NCBI GenBank assembly: GCA_965218425.1
Contig: OZ244621.1
Location: 353,368 to 417,367, forward strand
Direction: 5' to 3'
Source: an uncultured Candidatus Binatia bacterium
GTDB taxonomy: Bacteria; Desulfobacterota; Binatia; UBA9968; CAXXLF01
DNA length: 64,000 nucleotides
How positions within the stretch are numbered: position 1 is the first letter of the stretch; each line of letters begins with the position of its first letter. The notes beneath the pieces are model-generated. The model searched no databases. It was not told where the DNA came from and saw only the letters and a list, made by a program, of their open reading frames with translations. Shown in pieces: positions 47,038 through 56,513 of this stretch. A program made the position numbers and the translations under genes.

Positions 47038-47856
47038 ATGGCAACCATGATAGCTTCCGACTGTATCAATTGTGGCGCCTGTGAGCCGGAATGCCCCAAT
47101 AACGCCATCTCCGCTGGCGATCCCATCTATGTTATTGATCCGCAGCTCTGTACGGAGTGCGTCGGCTTTCATGATTACGAAGCCTGCGCAGCGGTATGCC
47201 CCGTGGACGTATGTGTAACCGATCCTAACAATATTGAAACAGAAGAAACGTTGATCGCTCGGGCTCGAAAGTTGCACCAAGATGAAGAGTTTGGGGAGAA
47301 TTTCGAGTCGCGATTTCGAAAGGAAGAGAAAAAGCCCGAGGCAGAAGCCGCAACGGCCCCCGCCCCATCCGCGGAAGGAGAAGAGACTCCTACTACAGAG
47401 AGAGCAATTTCCGAAGGGCAACCCGCGATTGACGGCGGAAAAGTTGATCTATCTAAACTGGCTTTGCCCGACGCGGCTCAATGGGAAGTGGCTGTTCAGT
47501 GTATCAAATGCGGCCAGGACTATACGACACCAGCAAAGCACTTCATGATCGGCAATGTCCTATTCTGCCCCCATTGTTTTAAATCCATGGTTGTCAAGGA
47601 TAACCTGAACTTCCAAATTCTATCCCTCCTAAAGGAATCCTACGAGAACTGGGAGCGCAGGCTAGAGGAGTTTCAAACCAAAAGGGAGAAACTGATCAAG
47701 GAACTTCAACAGTCCCTCGAAAAAGAACAAAAAGGCCTTGAGTTAGAAAAAGAGAGAGTGACCCGTTCCATAGACAACCAACTCAAAGGAATTGTAGAAT
47801 CTTACAAGGCACCCGGCACCCCCACAAACAAAAGGTCCCTTTTTCGTTGGGGTTAA
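47038..47856 (+). CDS. 2x[4Fe-4S] ferredoxin domain fused to an acidic linker, a Zn-ribbon-like CxxC...CxxC motif and a C-terminal coiled coil
   Basis: N-terminal about 80 aa CINCGACEPECP...CTECVGFHDYEACAAVCPV is a clostridial-type dicluster ferredoxin. Then an E/K/A/P-rich linker, CIKCGQ...CPHC, then heptad-rich LEEFQTKREKLIKELQQSLEKEQKGLELEKER. Confidence 0.65.
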   Translation: MATMIASDCINCGACEPECPNNAISAGDPIYVIDPQLCTECVGFHDYEACAAVCPVDVCVTDPNNIETEETLIARARKLHQDEEFGENFESRFRKEEKKPEAEAATAPAPSAEGEETPTTERAISEGQPAIDGGKVDLSKLALPDAAQWEVAVQCIKCGQDYTTPAKHFMIGNVLFCPHCFKSMVVKDNLNFQILSLLKESYENWERRLEEFQTKREKLIKELQQSLEKEQKGLELEKERVTRSIDNQLKGIVESYKAPGTPTNKRSLFRWG

Positions 47857-47966
47857 CCCCGATCCGACTTTGATCCGCCCAAATCATCCACCTATCCTAT
47901 GGCATGCAGCCCAGAGCCTCCTATGTTTCGAGAATTTTGTCAGATCGGGGGTAAATTCCCGTACCC

Positions 47967-48434
47967 ATGCTGAGCTTCTGGCTCCACCTCGTCGCCCTAA
48001 CAGTGTATTTGGGGTCCCTGGTTGGATTTTGGGTTCTTGGCATTTCCCAACTCTCCGGCCTTCAAACCCATGAATCTCAGGTAGTCCTTCTTATCCATCG
48101 GCTGAAAGTTTACAATCCCGTGCAGATCGGGGCACTTGGTGTATTGATTGTTACGGGCGCATTTCAGCTGACGGACCTGAAGGATACCCACCGCGCCTTA
48201 TATACGCGAGAATTTGGTGAATCCCTCAGCCTTAAACTTCTGTTGGCCTTCGTCGTTATCATCCTCAGCACCTATCAGGCCCTGGGAGTGGGCCATCGCT
48301 TTGTTAGGCGTAGTGAAGCGCCCGAACCTGTGTCCCCTGGGGAGTTTCGGTCTGTGGCGACAAAGCTTCGAATCCTAACCCTTGTCATCTTTATTACGAC
48401 CCTTGTCACCGTGTGGGTAAGCATTAGGATTTGA
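47967..48434 (+). CDS. hypothetical integral membrane protein (about 4 TM)
   Basis: Hydrophobic segments LHLVALTVYLGSLVGFWVLGI, IGALGVLIVTGAF, LLLAFVVIILSTY, ILTLVIFITTLVTVWV. Confidence 0.45.
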   Translation: MLSFWLHLVALTVYLGSLVGFWVLGISQLSGLQTHESQVVLLIHRLKVYNPVQIGALGVLIVTGAFQLTDLKDTHRALYTREFGESLSLKLLLAFVVIILSTYQALGVGHRFVRRSEAPEPVSPGEFRSVATKLRILTLVIFITTLVTVWVSIRI

Positions 48435-48631
48435 GAGCGGCGGGGCAGTTTGAAAGCTATTCATTTGGCATCGCTATCTATTGGAAAAACAAGACAAAAC
48501 TCAAAATACCCGCTCCCTGTTGACAATTTTTTTTGGATTATTTATAAGGGCATTTCAGGTCAGCGAACGCTCGCTGGCCTTTCTTATCAGATAATTGATA
48601 CGTACTTCTGCTTTCACACTAGAGGTACCAC

Positions 48632-48994
48632 ATGCCCAGAACAAAGAAATCTTCCAAGGAAGATTCAGCGAAACAGAAGGGTCGTTCTACAAATAGTATC
48701 TATCTCGACGACTCGGACGATCAAGGATTGCCTGGTGATGAGGCGGGCCGGCTGAAAATCAAAAAACACTACGAGGAACTATTAGGAATTCGTCTGCAGA
48801 AACTCAAGGGTCAAGTCTTGAATCGAGAAAAGATTAACAAAAGCATCGAAGGCATCTATTTCATATGTGGTGAATGCAAAAAGGTTTGCCACAACCTTGA
48901 TGAAGGCTTGATTCAGGAACTGGAAAATCAAGTTAACCTCTGTAGCGCATGCGCTAAAGGAAAAGGGATTCGCAGCGCTACGGCTCAGGGATAA
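48632..48994 (+). CDS. hypothetical small basic protein with a C-terminal CxxC...CxxC zinc-ribbon-like motif
   Basis: ICGECKK...CSACAKGK. No recognised family. Confidence 0.35.
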   Translation: MPRTKKSSKEDSAKQKGRSTNSIYLDDSDDQGLPGDEAGRLKIKKHYEELLGIRLQKLKGQVLNREKINKSIEGIYFICGECKKVCHNLDEGLIQELENQVNLCSACAKGKGIRSATAQG

Positions 48995-49109
48995 CCCTAA
49001 GAAATCACCGAACCCGCAACGGTGGTGCCGCGTCTTGCAGCTACCGTCTCTTTCCTTTCTTAAAACGTGGAGTATCGCTCAAGCGCTTTCAAACCGTATC
49101 CGAATCTCC

Positions 49110-49895
49110 ATGGACAATCAATGGTGAAAGGACAACGCTACGCAGTAATCATGGCAGGAGGGCAAGGAGCTCGGTTCTGGCCCCTCAGCCGAAGCCGACG
49201 CCCCAAACAAGTCCTTAAAATCCTTGAAGGCAAGAGCCTCTTTCAAGAAACCGTAGCGCGGATCCTCCCTTATTTGGCGGGGATAAAATCCTAATCGTTA
49301 CCGTTAAGGACCAGTTCCGCTTTCTACCCATTACGGCAGGCCACTCGTTTAATGAAATCCGGATCCTTATGGAACAGTGGAATTTTCGTCCGGAAAGTTT
49401 CAACTCTTTTAACCCTGCTAGAAGGATTCACTCTTCGTGTTTACAGCGGTCTGCAGAAAATCAAGAAAGAAACCAATGAACAGAGGCCTACCAGACTAAC
49501 ACCCAGTGGACAAAGAATTCTCCGGAGAGAATACAAAAAGAGGCCGAATATATCCATCGACCACGCTCCTACTTGAAAAAGCAGGATCCAAGAAGAAGGT
49601 TTTGACCGTAGAGGCAAATTTTCCATGGAGCGATTTGGGAAGTTGGGCGGCTCAGCAGCAGTTTCTTCCAAAAGATAAGATGGGCAATGCGGCCATTGGA
49701 CAGTGGCTCGGCATCGACTCAAGGAACTGTCTCGTTCATTCACGGGATCGTCCGGTGGTCCTCATAGGGGCAGAGGGGCTCATAGTAGTGGACGCTCCCG
49801 ACGCGCTACTGGTTGGGGATATTAGCCGTGCACAGGATATTCGGGAAGCTGTTAAGAAGTTAGAACAAAGCGGTAGGGGTAAGCTGATTAAATAA
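49110..49895 (+). pseudogene. mannose-1-phosphate guanylyltransferase (ManC-like) gene remnant with internal deletion and frameshifts
   Basis: The N-terminal frame [35 protein letters not shown] is the NTP-transferase G-loop. A later frame ...WSDLGSWAAQ...NCLVHSRDRPVVLIGAEGLIVVDAPDALLVGDISRAQDIREAVKKL matches the ManC C-terminal part of the domain. The middle is missing or frameshifted. Confidence 0.6.
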
Positions 49896-50604
49896 TTTTT
49901 TCAAAGAGCCAACCGATGCCAAAACCCACCCCAGAAGCCAGGACTCCGAGAAAAGTCATTTCAAAACCGGACTTCCAGGGGTTGACCATTGTCAACCGGG
50001 TTTTCGCAACACCAGCCACAAAGAGAAACAACACGGACACCACAATGGCCACCCAAATGGCGCTACCCGGGGTGCGCATGAAAAAGTAGGGAACCAGAAG
50101 AGGGAGTGAACCACCCAAGAAAGAAATCCCCATGGTGAAGGCCACCTTGCTTGGGTCATCGAGATGTTCATCCATCAGACCAAGCTCTTCACGCTTCATA
50201 ATCCGGAGCATGAGCTCTTTATCGGCCGTGGCCCTTTTCACAATGATATCCTGCTCAGACCCACTAAAACCCATCTCTTTGTAGATCTCCCTAAGCTCCC
50301 GAACTTCCTTTTCCGGCGTCCTTTCAATTTCCCATCTTTCCAGCTCCACTTCAGACTGGAAGAACTCCCTTTGGGACTTCGTGGAGAGATAGGCTCCAAT
50401 GGCCATGGAAAGCGCTCCGGCCGCTATCTCGGCCACTCCGGCCAAGATGACAAAACGCATCTCCGAAATGGCAACGGTGACCCCCGCCAAGAAGCCTATG
50501 GTGGTCACCAATCCATCGTTCATCCCGAAAATGACTTCGCGGATGGCTCTACCTTTAGGGGTATGCCAAGCTTCACCGTGATGTGTCCTCGGTCTGACAG
50601 CCAT
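49888..50604 (-). CDS. VIT1/CCC1-family iron/manganese transporter
   Basis: REVIFGMNDGLVTTIGFLAGV... and a C-terminal TM cluster. PF01988-like. Confidence 0.7.
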   Translation of the reverse strand: MAVRPRTHHGEAWHTPKGRAIREVIFGMNDGLVTTIGFLAGVTVAISEMRFVILAGVAEIAAGALSMAIGAYLSTKSQREFFQSEVELERWEIERTPEKEVRELREIYKEMGFSGSEQDIIVKRATADKELMLRIMKREELGLMDEHLDDPSKVAFTMGISFLGGSLPLLVPYFFMRTPGSAIWVAIVVSVLFLFVAGVAKTRLTMVNPWKSGFEMTFLGVLASGVGFGIGWLFEKII

Positions 50605-50697
50605 GATTTTCCAAAGCTAACACTTCCATTGGCAAAAACCAATGTGGACTGGATTTGACTTCTCATTCGCAGTCCTCTATTTTTCAGCCCTATTCTC

Positions 50698-51532
50698 CAT
50701 GGATGAACTCCAGCCAAAGAAACCTCCCAGAGGTCCATTGCGCGAAGATGAAGCCGTTATATTCCTAGACCGAAAAGAGAGGGAATACCTGCGAAAGCTT
50801 AGGAAGGGCAAAAAGATTTCAATTCGTGGAGGTATGATTCTCGCAGAGGACCTTATCGGTACGGATGAAGGATCCTTGGTTCGTTCCTCCATGAACGAGC
50901 CGTTCATCGTCCTGCGACCCACGCTTGTTCAAATCATCCCGAATTTGCCACGCAGGGCTCAAGTCATATATCCCAAAGACACGGGTGTCATTCTCCTATG
51001 GGGCGACATCTTTCCCGGTGCGAGGGTCATCGAAGCTGGGGTTGGGCCCGGTGCGCTGACCATGGCTTTGCTGCGCACAGTGGGACCGGAGGGCCAAGTG
51101 ACCTCCTATGAAATCCGTGAAGACTTCGCAAAAATGGCACAGGATAATATTGCCGCCTTTTACGGACCCGCCCCCAATTGGAATCTTAAGGTTAAAGATA
51201 TCTCTCAAGACCTGGACGAGACGGAGGTGGATCGAATCATTCTCGATCTCCCGCAACCCTGGCGGGTAACCCCCAAGGCCTGGGGGGCGCTGCGCCCTGG
51301 GGGCATCCTTTTGAGCTACGTGCCTACAGTCCTTCAGATCAAAAATTGGGTGGACTCCCTCAAGGAGCATGGAGGATTTACCTGTATTGAGACCATGGAA
51401 AACCTTTTACGGTTTTGGCATATCAAGGACCTCAGCGCGAGACCCCAGCACCGGATGGTTGCCCACACAGGATTCATCACCTTGGCCCGACGCCTCAAGG
51501 ATACGGCCACGAGTCTCCCCGGAGCCCCATAG
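50698..51532 (+). CDS. trmI: tRNA (adenine58-N1)-methyltransferase TrmI (GCD14 family)
   Basis: SAM-binding VIEAGVGPGALTMALLRTVGPEGQVTSYEIREDFAKMA and a C-terminal GCD14 region. The ORF is open from 50642; start taken at ATG 50698. Confidence 0.7.
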
Positions 51533-51714
51533 CTTCACGGCCGTGGATTTCTGCGCGTCTGGACAATAGGTTTTACCCCAGGTCCTTGCCAGGGTACTCT
51601 CGACATTCAATGTCAAATTTCCCAGTGAACCCGACATGGACACAGTTCATTTGGAAGGATACGTGCTAGGGGAAACCATTTTGACGGGACATTAGTAAAC
51701 GGATGACTATTCTT

Positions 51715-52239
51715 TTACGGCTCAATTTGCTCCGTCACCACATTCAAGCGCTCCAGCAATTCCATCCGAGAGTGCACACCCATTTTTTGAATATTGACTT
51801 CAGATGATTTCGGACTGTGCTTGGACTGATATGGAGGACCGAGCAATAGCCACCACACGCCGGTTGGCTCGTAACAGGCGAAGAATCTCCCATTCACGTG
51901 GGGTGAGGACATGCAAATCCTTATGAGGCATCTCCCCGTTGATTTCATCTGCCAGCTCTATAAACCGTGCCTTATTAGAAAAAAACTTCAATTTCTATGA
52001 AAGGTAACGAGGATCCACCGGAATGCAATGCCCCCCAGCCCTGGGCCTGGATAAAATGGCATAAATCCGAAAGGTTTGGTTGCCGCAGTTCCAATCACCT
52101 CCCAAACATCTAAGTCCAGCCGATGACACATCATGGTAAACTCGTTCACCAAGCCAATGTTGACACTGCGAAACACGTTTTCCAGGAGCTTAACCATTTC
52201 CGCTGAATCCGTATTGTTTACGGGAACCACCTGTTCCAC
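51715..52239 (-). pseudogene. fragment of a UDP-glucose/GDP-mannose dehydrogenase central domain followed by a frameshifted LuxR-type HTH
   Basis: ...AEMVKLLENVFRSVNIGLVNEFTMMCHRLDLDVWEVIGTAATKPFGFMPFYPGPGLGG matches the UDPG-DH central region. Then LTPREWEILRLL... and, in another frame, NIQKMGVHSRMELLERL match a LuxR HTH. No N- or C-terminal dehydrogenase domains. Confidence 0.55.
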
Positions 52240-52379
52240 GATTAAAAGTCTGACTCTTTTTTTGTAAGTTTCAATAAAACTTTCATATAGGGTCTGACCC
52301 CAATGGTTGTGGATAACCGAGTTAAGCCTTATATATTAATAACCTTCAAAACAAAATTTAAAACTTTAGCCGACCGTTA

Positions 52380-52520
52380 CTGGCTAAGAGCGTTTGGCTG
52401 GTTAGATTTTGGGCGTTATTGGGTTGATTGCGTTTGTTGGGCTTAAGGGACCAGAGGTCGGGAGTCAGAGGTCAGACAACGGAAATGGGCAATCGAATAT
52501 CGGACTCGGGGAAAAGATCA
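52380..52520. repeat. composite intergenic heptamer-repeat element, copy a (G/T-rich TTGGGTT-type block, then a (TCAGARR)n-like block)
   Basis: gtttggctggttagattttgggcgttattgggttgattgcgtttgttgggctt ... ccagaggtcgggagtcagaggtcagaca. Confidence 0.5.
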
Positions 52521-52626
52521 CTCACGCAAAGACGCAAAGCACGCGCAGTTCGGAGAAAAAAGTCAGGGCAAGGGTTAAGGGACAGGACAGTTTTCAATCC
52601 ATTTGTGGATTAGGTAAGATTATTGA

Positions 52627-53745
52627 GTGACCATTAAGCGCAACAACATCCGGAAGATACAAGCCTGTATCAGCAATCCAGTAAATCAAAGAACCATAGG
52701 AACGAAGAAAATCGTCGGAATCATCGGTGATGCGCCGTCTCACTATGCCAAGAGCCCACCTATCTGGAACGCAGTATTCCAGCAATTGAAATTAAATGCT
52801 GTGTATCTACCGTTTGATGTGCAGCCAACCCGCTTGAAGGATTTAATAAACGCTCTCAGAGAGTCGGACCGGCTCATGGGAGCTAACGTGACGGTTCCTT
52901 ACAAAGTGCGGGTTCTCGATCTCTTGGACTCCCTGGATGAAAAGGCAGCTCAAATTAGAGCTGTAAATACGATTGTTAAGGCCAAAGACGGGAAACTGGT
53001 AGGCTATAATACTGACGGGAGCGGTTTTATCGAAAGCATCCTAAACCCACGGTATGGACAAGGCGCCCCTTTTGTAAAATCATTGAAGGGGGTGGACGTT
53101 TTGATGATCGGCGCGGGTGGCTCCGCCCGTGCCGTCGCCTTTTATCTCGCCGGGCTGCTGGGCAAAGGAACCTTTTTTATTTGCAATAGGACAATGGAAA
53201 CGGCCGTGTCCCTGGCGGAAGAAGTAAAAAATCTTTTCGGCAATGCGAAGGCGATCCATGAAAGGGACATCCCGAAATGGGCACCAAAGGCGGGATTGAT
53301 TGTTAACTGTTCCACCAAGGGTCAAGGGGGAATCAGAAAGACCTCTGATGGAAGGGTTACCATGCTGGAGCCATACTCCGCCCTGGCCCCTGCCCATCCC
53401 GTGACTTTACCAGGCTCAGACGAAGGCAAACCTGAATTGTATCGTGATTTCCTTGGTGCCTCTCTATCTGACATAGAGGCAAACAACGAGGCGTCGCTGA
53501 GGCTGGCTGTGTCAATTCCACTTAATGTGAAGTTTTGCGACCTGGTATATTTCCCTTTAGAGACGGTCTTTTTACGTCACGGGCGTCTTAGCGGACATGA
53601 AACTTTGAACGGCAAGGGTATGAACGTGGCTCAGGCGGCAGATGCGTTTTTCAATAAGATCTGCAAAGGGATGCTCCGGGAAGGGAAGTTGCATAACCTC
53701 AAGGCCTACCAAAGCATTGTAGAGACTATGTCCTCTGCCTGGTAA
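52627..53745 (+). CDS. shikimate/quinate dehydrogenase (AroE) family protein with a C-terminal extension
   Basis: IVGIIGDAPSHYAKSPPIWNAVF...NVTVPYK...NTDGSGF are AroE motifs. 372 aa is about 90 aa longer than typical. Start uncertain (GTG 52627). Confidence 0.6.
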   Translation: MTIKRNNIRKIQACISNPVNQRTIGTKKIVGIIGDAPSHYAKSPPIWNAVFQQLKLNAVYLPFDVQPTRLKDLINALRESDRLMGANVTVPYKVRVLDLLDSLDEKAAQIRAVNTIVKAKDGKLVGYNTDGSGFIESILNPRYGQGAPFVKSLKGVDVLMIGAGGSARAVAFYLAGLLGKGTFFICNRTMETAVSLAEEVKNLFGNAKAIHERDIPKWAPKAGLIVNCSTKGQGGIRKTSDGRVTMLEPYSALAPAHPVTLPGSDEGKPELYRDFLGASLSDIEANNEASLRLAVSIPLNVKFCDLVYFPLETVFLRHGRLSGHETLNGKGMNVAQAADAFFNKICKGMLREGKLHNLKAYQSIVETMSSAW

Positions 53746-53892
53746 ACCCCAAACCACGGGCTCAGATTCTGCCACATCGAACACACGGCTGAATGAATTC
53801 CCCCTTATGACTTTTTTAGGACTGAAATTCGAGTGTTCCTATCGGACCACATTGGTCCATTGAAATCGTTGAAACGGCAGGTTAATTGATAC

Positions 53893-54687
53893 TCAGGTAC
53901 GCGGCGTTTTGTGGTACGGGGGAAAGGTTTTCCACAGCATAGACCCACCTAGAAGTACTAGAACGATGGCTAGCCATTGCGCCTGTGTCATACCGAGAGC
54001 AATTACCGGATTGATCCGCCAGAACTCCACCGAGAAGCGGGCAATGCCAGCCAGGATCAAATAAAGCCAGAAAATCACTCCGGGCGGAAAGTCTTTTTTC
54101 CTCACAGACCAGAGAACTCCAAAGATTACGAAAGATTGAAATGTTTCGTAGAGGGGGGTTGGGTGAACCTTTACACCCTCAGGATATGGGATACCAGTCA
54201 TGGGATGGACCCAGCCGATGATCGCGTTGGTGTATTGAGCCGCCCAGGGAACATCCGTAACCGTTCCCCAATCGCCATCCCCTGCAATGTGACATCCGAT
54301 ACGGCCAATGCCGTAGGCGAGCGCCACCGCGGGTGAACAGATATCAGCCGTATGGAGCCAAGGAATCCCCTTTTTCCGGCCTACCCAACTGACGGCCAGG
54401 GCACCGCCAAACAGGCCACCGTACCAGGTGAATCCGGCACCGCTCAGGATCAGATCAAATGGGGCCTGAACAAAACGTTCCCAATCTTCAAAAATGAAAA
54501 AAATCCTGGCACCGAGCAGTCCTCCCACAGCAGCCGCAATCACCGTCGTAGAAGCAAGGTCGGGGTCATACTGGTAGCGTTTGAGCTCGCACCACGCAAT
54601 CCAGCCGCCAGCAAGGGCGGCAACGGCCATTAAGGTTCCAAAGCTATATACTGTGAGAGGACCAATCGTAAAAATAATAGGATACAT
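53893..54687 (-). CDS. lgt: prolipoprotein diacylglyceryl transferase
   Basis: MYPIIFTIGPLTVYSFGTLMA..., a conserved Lgt signature region (...GRIGCHIAGDG...), 264 aa. Confidence 0.85.
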   Translation of the reverse strand: MYPIIFTIGPLTVYSFGTLMAVAALAGGWIAWCELKRYQYDPDLASTTVIAAAVGGLLGARIFFIFEDWERFVQAPFDLILSGAGFTWYGGLFGGALAVSWVGRKKGIPWLHTADICSPAVALAYGIGRIGCHIAGDGDWGTVTDVPWAAQYTNAIIGWVHPMTGIPYPEGVKVHPTPLYETFQSFVIFGVLWSVRKKDFPPGVIFWLYLILAGIARFSVEFWRINPVIALGMTQAQWLAIVLVLLGGSMLWKTFPPYHKTPRT

Positions 54688-54689
54688 TA

Positions 54690-55035
54690 TGGTTAATTTA
54701 GTCTAACTGGTCTATTCGGTCTATCTAGTCGATCTGGTTTGTTGTGTTGTAAAAGTTCATCGGGTTAATTGAGTTGACGGATATTGTGAGGCATGTTTGG
54801 TTGACCCGGACTGTCTCATCTATCTCGTCTGTGCGATGAATCCGCAATGGGTACACGATCTGTCGCTTATGGTACCCGCCAAAGAAGGAATAGTAAACCC
54901 CGAATTGGTGCCTAGGGAGTTTAATGAGTTCTTTGGGTAGATTGAGTTTATTGGGTTTTAGAAATCGGACATCAGAGATCAGAAATCGGAACTTTGAAAG
55001 TCAGCGGTCAAGGGAGTCACCAGCAATTAACCGCA
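54690..55035. repeat. composite intergenic heptamer-repeat element, copy b (GTCT-type block, G/T-rich block, TCAGARR block)
   Basis: tagtctaactggtctattcggtctatctagtcgatctggtttgttg ... gagtttaatgagttctttgggtagattgagtttattgggtttt ... catcagagatcagaaatcggaactttgaaagtcagcggtc. Confidence 0.5.
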
Positions 55036-55318
55036 GATTCACGCAGATTATGATTCACCGCAGGGGCCCAGAGGACGCAGAGATTTTCCGGTTTTTTGTT
55101 TGTCGGGAGACGACGACAAACAAAAACATGCCTCTTCCAAAGAATAGGTCTTTTGCCGGGTTTAGGGGCATCACCGAGCTCTGAACTCTGTTATATCCGA
55201 CATCCATTAGTTGCCGACTGCTAGCTGCTCACTGCCCCCCGGCAATTGAGGGGCGCGATGTTTTGGTTTCATTCGTAAAGATTTGACTAATATTGTCTGA
55301 CAGTTTACGAGAGTATCA

Positions 55319-55759
55319 ATGCGTCTTTTGATTCAAAGAGTTAGCGAAGCGAATGTGACTATTGAAGGGAGCGAAGTTGGCGCAATCGGGCCTGGCCTCT
55401 GCTTATTTCTAGGTGTCGCAAAAGATGATACGGAGGAGGACTCAACCTATTTAGCCCAGAAGGCCGTGGATCTGAGGATATTTGAAGACGACGAGGGCAA
55501 GTTCAACCGGACCTTGGTGAACGTGGGCGGAGAGATCCTGGTGGTCTCACAATTCACCCTTTATGGGGATTGCACCAAGGGGCGGCGCCCCTCATTCAGC
55601 CATGCTGCGGCACCCGAAGAGGCAGAGCGACTCTACCGGCACTTCGTCGCACAGCTTCGAGCAAAATCCCCTAAGGTCGCTACCGGTCAATTCCAAGCCA
55701 AAATGGACGTATCTCTTGTGAACGACGGCCCAGTGACCTTTATAATAGACAGCAAATAG
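55319..55759 (+). CDS. dtd: D-aminoacyl-tRNA deacylase
   Basis: [33 protein letters not shown]...SQFTLYGD...[11 protein letters not shown] aligns with Dtd along its full length. 146 aa. Confidence 0.9.
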   Translation: MRLLIQRVSEANVTIEGSEVGAIGPGLCLFLGVAKDDTEEDSTYLAQKAVDLRIFEDDEGKFNRTLVNVGGEILVVSQFTLYGDCTKGRRPSFSHAAAPEEAERLYRHFVAQLRAKSPKVATGQFQAKMDVSLVNDGPVTFIIDSK

Positions 55760-55764
55760 TGGGC

Positions 55765-55925
55765 AGTTAGCCTATCGAGTCTATTTTGTCTATCTCGTTG
55801 ATTTTGTGGTACAAATGGTCCGAAAAGGTCAGATTAATAAACCAGACCGAACAAACCAAATCGACCAAATAAACTAGATAATCCGGATAAACCAACCTGA
55901 CCAAATTGACGAAACAGACTTGAGC
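55765..55925. repeat. composite intergenic repeat element, copy c (GTCT-type block in inverted orientation)
   Basis: gagtctattttgtctatctcgttgattttgtgg ... aaccagaccgaacaaaccaaatcgaccaaataaactagataatccggataaaccaacctgaccaaattgacgaaacagac is the reverse complement of the GTCT/TTGGTT block type. Confidence 0.45.
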
Positions 55926-55926
55926 C

Positions 55927-56379
55927 ATGCACGTCGTCCTATACCAACCTGAAATCCCACCCAATACTGGTTCCATTGCGCGCCTGTGTGCCGCGACTAA
56001 AACCCCCCTCCATTTGATTGCGCCACTTGGCTTCAAAATTGACGACAAGCATTTAAAACGCGCCGGCCTCGATTACTGGGGGTTTGTTGATCTACGACTT
56101 CATGAATCCTGGCAGCACTTTCTTGATCTGCATGGCAAAAACCGTATGTTTTTCTTTTCTAAAAAGGCAAAATGCTCCTATATCAAAGCGGAATTTCAAA
56201 GGGGAGATTTCCTGGTTTTTGGCCCCGAGACTCGCGGTCTCCCCGAGGAACTCTTATCAGCTAACCAAGAAAAGGCCTACGTGATCCCCATGATGAGCGA
56301 AGGGGTACGGAGCCTCAACCTTTCCAATGCCGTGTCAATTGTTCTCTATGAGGCCCTGCGACAACTGGGTCAAGTATAA
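55927..56379 (+). CDS. trmL: tRNA (cytidine/uridine-2'-O-)-methyltransferase, SpoU/TrmL-type
   Basis: MHVVLYQPEIPPNTGSIARLCAATKTPLHLIAPLGF is the TrmL N-terminus. 150 aa. Confidence 0.85.
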   Translation: MHVVLYQPEIPPNTGSIARLCAATKTPLHLIAPLGFKIDDKHLKRAGLDYWGFVDLRLHESWQHFLDLHGKNRMFFFSKKAKCSYIKAEFQRGDFLVFGPETRGLPEELLSANQEKAYVIPMMSEGVRSLNLSNAVSIVLYEALRQLGQV

Positions 56380-56513
56380 ACCAGGCCGCTAAAATAGACA
56401 CACTTGGAAGGGGAAATCGTTCAAAATACCTACAAAAGTCTTGACGAGAGCGAAGAATGTGATTAATGTTTCTATCCGCTTGATATTATTACTTAATGGA
56501 GGGGAATTTTCCT

